NCBI GenBank assembly: GCA_965261005.1
Contig: OZ253375.1
Span: 1,856,001-1,920,000 of the forward strand
Length of the DNA: 64,000 nucleotides
Direction: 5' to 3'
Source of the DNA: Deinococcus sp.
GTDB taxonomy: Bacteria; Deinococcota; Deinococci; Deinococcales; Deinococcaceae
Positions 60,696 to 64,000 of this stretch are shown here, piece by piece; the first letter of the stretch is position 1; each line of letters opens with the position of its first letter. A model generated the notes under the pieces. That model saw only the letters and a list, made by a program, of their open reading frames with translations, was not told the DNA's origin and made no database searches. The translations under genes were made by a program, and so were the position numbers.

Positions 60696-61667
60696 GTGCT
60701 GACCTTTATCCTGCGCCGCGTCCTGATCATGATCCCCACCCTGCTGCTGATCTCGGTGATCTGCTTCGCCGTGATCAAGCTGCAGCCGGGCAGCTTTACC
60801 GACCAGTACCTGGGGGACCCGCGCTTCTCGAAAGAGACGGTGGCGCGCATCACGGCGCAGCTGGGCCTGAACGACCCGGCCCCGGTACAGTACGGCAAGT
60901 GGCTGTGGGGCCTCCTCACGCGCGGGGACTTCGGCTACTCCTTTTTGAGTGGCCGCCCCGTCATCAGCCTGATCGGTGAGCGGCTGGGCTGGACGGTCTT
61001 CATCGCGGCGATCACGCTGCTGGTGAGCTGGTTGATCGCGGTGCCCCTCGGCATCTACACCGCCATTCACCGCCACGGCCTCGCCGCGACCGTCGCCAAC
61101 CTCTTCGGCTACGTTGGCATCGCCATTCCCGACTTTCTGGCGGCCTTGCTGCTGGTGGCGCTGGTCCTGAGTTACGGCGGGACCAACGTGGGCGGGCTGT
61201 TCAGCCCACAGAACATCGGGGCGCCGTGGTCGCTGGCCCGGGTGGGCGACCTGCTGGCCCATTTGTGGATTCCGGTGGTGGCGGTCGGGCTGGAGGGGGT
61301 GGCGGGCCTGATGCGTCAGATGCGCGCCAGCACCCTGGACGTGTTGGGGCAGGACTACGTGCGCACCGCGCGCTCCAAGGGGCTGCGCGGCTCGGTCGTG
61401 ATCTGGCGGCACGCGGTCAGGAACGCCATCAACCCCCTGATCAGCCTGGCCGGCCTGAGCCTGCCCACCCTGATCTCGGGCACCATTATCATCTCCATCG
61501 TGCTGAACCTGCCCACCATCGGGCCGCTCTTGTACGACAGCTTGGTGAACAAGGACCAGTACACCGCCCTCACGCTGCTGCTGCTCTCGGCGTTTTTGCT
61601 GCTGATCGGGAATCTCTTGGCCGACCTCGCGCTGGCCTGGGCCGATCCACGGGTCAGGTACCAGTGA
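60696..61667 (+). CDS. ABC permease (OppB-like)
   Basis: GDFGYSF, QDYVRTARSKGL, HAVRNA, ADPRVRY. Confidence 0.93.
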   Translation: MLTFILRRVLIMIPTLLLISVICFAVIKLQPGSFTDQYLGDPRFSKETVARITAQLGLNDPAPVQYGKWLWGLLTRGDFGYSFLSGRPVISLIGERLGWTVFIAAITLLVSWLIAVPLGIYTAIHRHGLAATVANLFGYVGIAIPDFLAALLLVALVLSYGGTNVGGLFSPQNIGAPWSLARVGDLLAHLWIPVVAVGLEGVAGLMRQMRASTLDVLGQDYVRTARSKGLRGSVVIWRHAVRNAINPLISLAGLSLPTLISGTIIISIVLNLPTIGPLLYDSLVNKDQYTALTLLLLSAFLLLIGNLLADLALAWADPRVRYQ

Positions 61668-62779
61668 GCGCGCGGGCGGTTCCCCCCTCCCCCGCAAGGG
61701 GGGAGGAGAGCAGGGCTGCCGGGCCGCTGGCGCTGGCGTGGCGGCGCTACCGAAAGTCCAAAATCGGTGTGCTGGGAGGCTGGCTCCTCGTGGCGCTGTA
61801 CCTGATGGCGCTGCTGGCCGGCTTTCTCTCGCCCTACAACATCACCGTCCAGCACGAGGCGTACCCTTACCAGCCGCCGCAGCGGTTGCACCTCGTTCAC
61901 GCCGGCCAACTGACGCGCCCCTTCGTCTACCCGGTCGTCAAGACCCGCGACCCCGTCACCTTCGTCTCCAAGTACGCCGAGGACCAGACCCGGCCGCTGC
62001 CAATTCGGTTCTTCGTGCGCGGCGAGCCGTACCGCTTTTTTGGCGTGAGGACCGATCTGCACCTATCCGGGGTACAGGACGGCGGCTTCTACTTCCCCTT
62101 CGGCACCGACCAACTGGGCCGCGACCTCTTTTCGCGCACCTTGGTCGGGGCGCAGGTCAGTTTGACGGTCGGGCTGATCGGCATTCTGATCTCCTTTGCC
62201 ATCGGCATCGTCGTGGGCGGGGTCAGCGGGTATTACGGCGGCTGGGTGGACAACCTGTTGCAGCGGGTGATCGAGGTGCTGCTCTCGTTTCCGCGCCTGC
62301 CGATTCTGTTGGCGCTGTCGGCCATCATCCCGGCCAGCTTGCCGTCCACCTGGGTGTACCTCGCCATCGTGGCGGTGCTGGCGCTGATCGGCTGGGCCAG
62401 CCTGGCGCGGGTGATTCGCGGCCAGGTGCTGTCGGCGCGGCAGGTGGAGTACGTCGCCGCCGCCGGGGCGGTGGGCGCCTCAGATTTGCGCATCATCTTG
62501 CGCCACATCATCCCCAACCTCAGCTCGTTTCTGATCGTGACGGCCACCTTGGCGCTGCCCGGCTACATCCTGGGCGAGAGCGCGCTCTCCTTTTTAGGAC
62601 TGGGTATCAAGGAGCCGATGACCTCGTGGGGCCTGCTGCTGAGGGACGCGCAGAACTTCCAGACCCTTAGCCTGTACCCCTGGCTGCTGCTGCCGGGGGC
62701 CTTTATCGTGCTGAGCGTGCTCGCCTTTAACTTCTTCGGCGACGCCCTTCGGGACGCGGCGGACACGCAGGGCAGGTAA
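61664..62779 (+). CDS. ABC permease (OppC-like)
   Basis: FGTDQLGRDLFSR, RHIIPN, ESALSFLGLG, GDALRDAAD. Confidence 0.93.
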   Translation: MSARAVPPSPARGEESRAAGPLALAWRRYRKSKIGVLGGWLLVALYLMALLAGFLSPYNITVQHEAYPYQPPQRLHLVHAGQLTRPFVYPVVKTRDPVTFVSKYAEDQTRPLPIRFFVRGEPYRFFGVRTDLHLSGVQDGGFYFPFGTDQLGRDLFSRTLVGAQVSLTVGLIGILISFAIGIVVGGVSGYYGGWVDNLLQRVIEVLLSFPRLPILLALSAIIPASLPSTWVYLAIVAVLALIGWASLARVIRGQVLSARQVEYVAAAGAVGASDLRIILRHIIPNLSSFLIVTATLALPGYILGESALSFLGLGIKEPMTSWGLLLRDAQNFQTLSLYPWLLLPGAFIVLSVLAFNFFGDALRDAADTQGR

Positions 62780-62825
62780 CCCCCCCGGCTCCTCCCCCCG
62801 CGCGGGGGAGGGCAGAAAGATGTGA

Positions 62826-63839
62826 ATGACCTTCGACGACCTCGATTCCGCCTTTGACTTGCTGGAACGTGCCCCGATGCCCGCCGTCGCCGCCGCCGTG
62901 GTGACGCCGGAAGGGGTGACTCAGGAACTCACGCGCGGCGTCGCCAACTTGGAGACGGGGGAAGCGCTGACGGGGGACCACGCCTTCGACCTCGCCAGCC
63001 TGACCAAGGTGCTGGTGACGCTGCCGGGGGTGCTGGGATTGCTGGAGCGCGGCAGGCTCAGTTTGAGCGATTCCCTTGCTCTGCATTTACCCGAAGCGGG
63101 CTGGATGCAGGAGGGGGGCCTCGGGACGGCGACCATCGCGCAGCTCTTGTCTCACACCTCGGGCCTGCCGGCCTGGGCGCCGCTGTACACCTTTCCGGCG
63201 GGGCGGGACACCCTGTTGGCGCGGGTGTTGCAAACGCCGCTGGAGGCTGCGCCGGGGGAGCGCTTTCTCTACTCGGACTTGGGCTTTATCGCGCTGGGCC
63301 AGTTGGCGGAGCGTCTGACCGGCAAGGGGCCGGACCAGTTGGCCGCAGAGCGCGGCTGGGTGACGTACCGCCCGACCGGCCCCACGGTCGCCACCGAGCG
63401 CTGTCCGTGGCGCGGCCGGACCCTGCAAGGCGAGGTCCACGACGAGAACGCCTCCTCGCTGGGCGGCGTCAGCGGGCACGCGGGGGCCTTCGGCACGTTG
63501 GCGGACGTGTGCCGCGCCGCGCGGGGCTGGCTGACGAATGCGGTCAGCCCCGCCACCCGCGACGTGATGACCCGCCCGTGGTCCTTTGAGCGGGGCGGCA
63601 ACCCGCGCGGCCTGGGCTGGGTGCTGGGCTGGCCGGGCTGCTCGGGGGGCGACCTCGCCAGCCGCCAAGCCTTTGGGCACACCGGCTTCACGGGAACCAG
63701 CTTGTGGATGGAGCCGGAGCGCGGCTACGCCATCATCTTGTTGACCAACCGCGTTCACCCGACCCGCTTTTCCGGCGACGACATCATCCACCTGCGGCGG
63801 CGCTTCGGCAACGCGGTACACGCGGCGTGGCGGGGGTGA
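62826..63839 (+). CDS. Beta-lactamase-family serine hydrolase
   Basis: ASLTK, LLSHTSGL, YSD, GEVHDENA, GHTGFTG. Confidence 0.9.
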   Translation: MTFDDLDSAFDLLERAPMPAVAAAVVTPEGVTQELTRGVANLETGEALTGDHAFDLASLTKVLVTLPGVLGLLERGRLSLSDSLALHLPEAGWMQEGGLGTATIAQLLSHTSGLPAWAPLYTFPAGRDTLLARVLQTPLEAAPGERFLYSDLGFIALGQLAERLTGKGPDQLAAERGWVTYRPTGPTVATERCPWRGRTLQGEVHDENASSLGGVSGHAGAFGTLADVCRAARGWLTNAVSPATRDVMTRPWSFERGGNPRGLGWVLGWPGCSGGDLASRQAFGHTGFTGTSLWMEPERGYAIILLTNRVHPTRFSGDDIIHLRRRFGNAVHAAWRG

Positions 63840-64000
63840 GCGTGGCCGGGGAAGTGAACACCGAGCAACTCGACGAGCGTTACCGCGACCTGGACACGTT
63901 GGAGACGGCCGAGTTGGTGGGGACGCTGCTCGAAGGCCAGCTGCGCGCGGCGCGGGCGGTCCTCGCGGCGGCGCCTGACCTCGCGCGGGCGGTGGACTTG
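63836..64000 (+). CDS. murQ: N-acetylmuramic acid 6-phosphate etherase, 5' part (runs off the window)
   Basis: NTEQLDERYRDLDTLETAELV...QLRAARAVLAAAPDLARAVD; operon context. Confidence 0.75.
   Translation, partial: MSVAGEVNTEQLDERYRDLDTLETAELVGTLLEGQLRAARAVLAAAPDLARAVDL

Overview
A GC-rich chromosomal window from a Deinococcota bacterium, probably Deinococcaceae; this rests on the 16S signature, the Deinococcus-type DnaE, and many leaderless genes with TANNNT about 6 nt before the start codon. Core genes: folE, purA, a UbiD/MqnL decarboxylase, a solitary 16S rRNA gene, dnaE, rplU-rpmA-obgE-yqeK-LCP-rsfS, lepB, crcB-xseA-xseB, corA and a peptidoglycan-recycling ABC/murQ operon. Most notable: (1) a rhodopsin-blh operon whose rhodopsin has a DTG motif, a His at the BR-T46 position and a Gly at the carotenoid-antenna fenestration position; (2) an intein-containing dnaE flanked by four toxin-antitoxin pairs, with a low-GC patch abutting the intein; (3) a family of small TACG...CGTA inverted-repeat elements that start exactly at TGA stop codons, with 3-bp duplications; (4) an uncharacterised module of a membrane coiled-coil protein, a micropeptide and a TAXI-type binding protein with no transporter, next to an IS66 remnant. 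Several genes are frameshifted or fragmentary. All calls come from reading motifs by eye; no searches were run.
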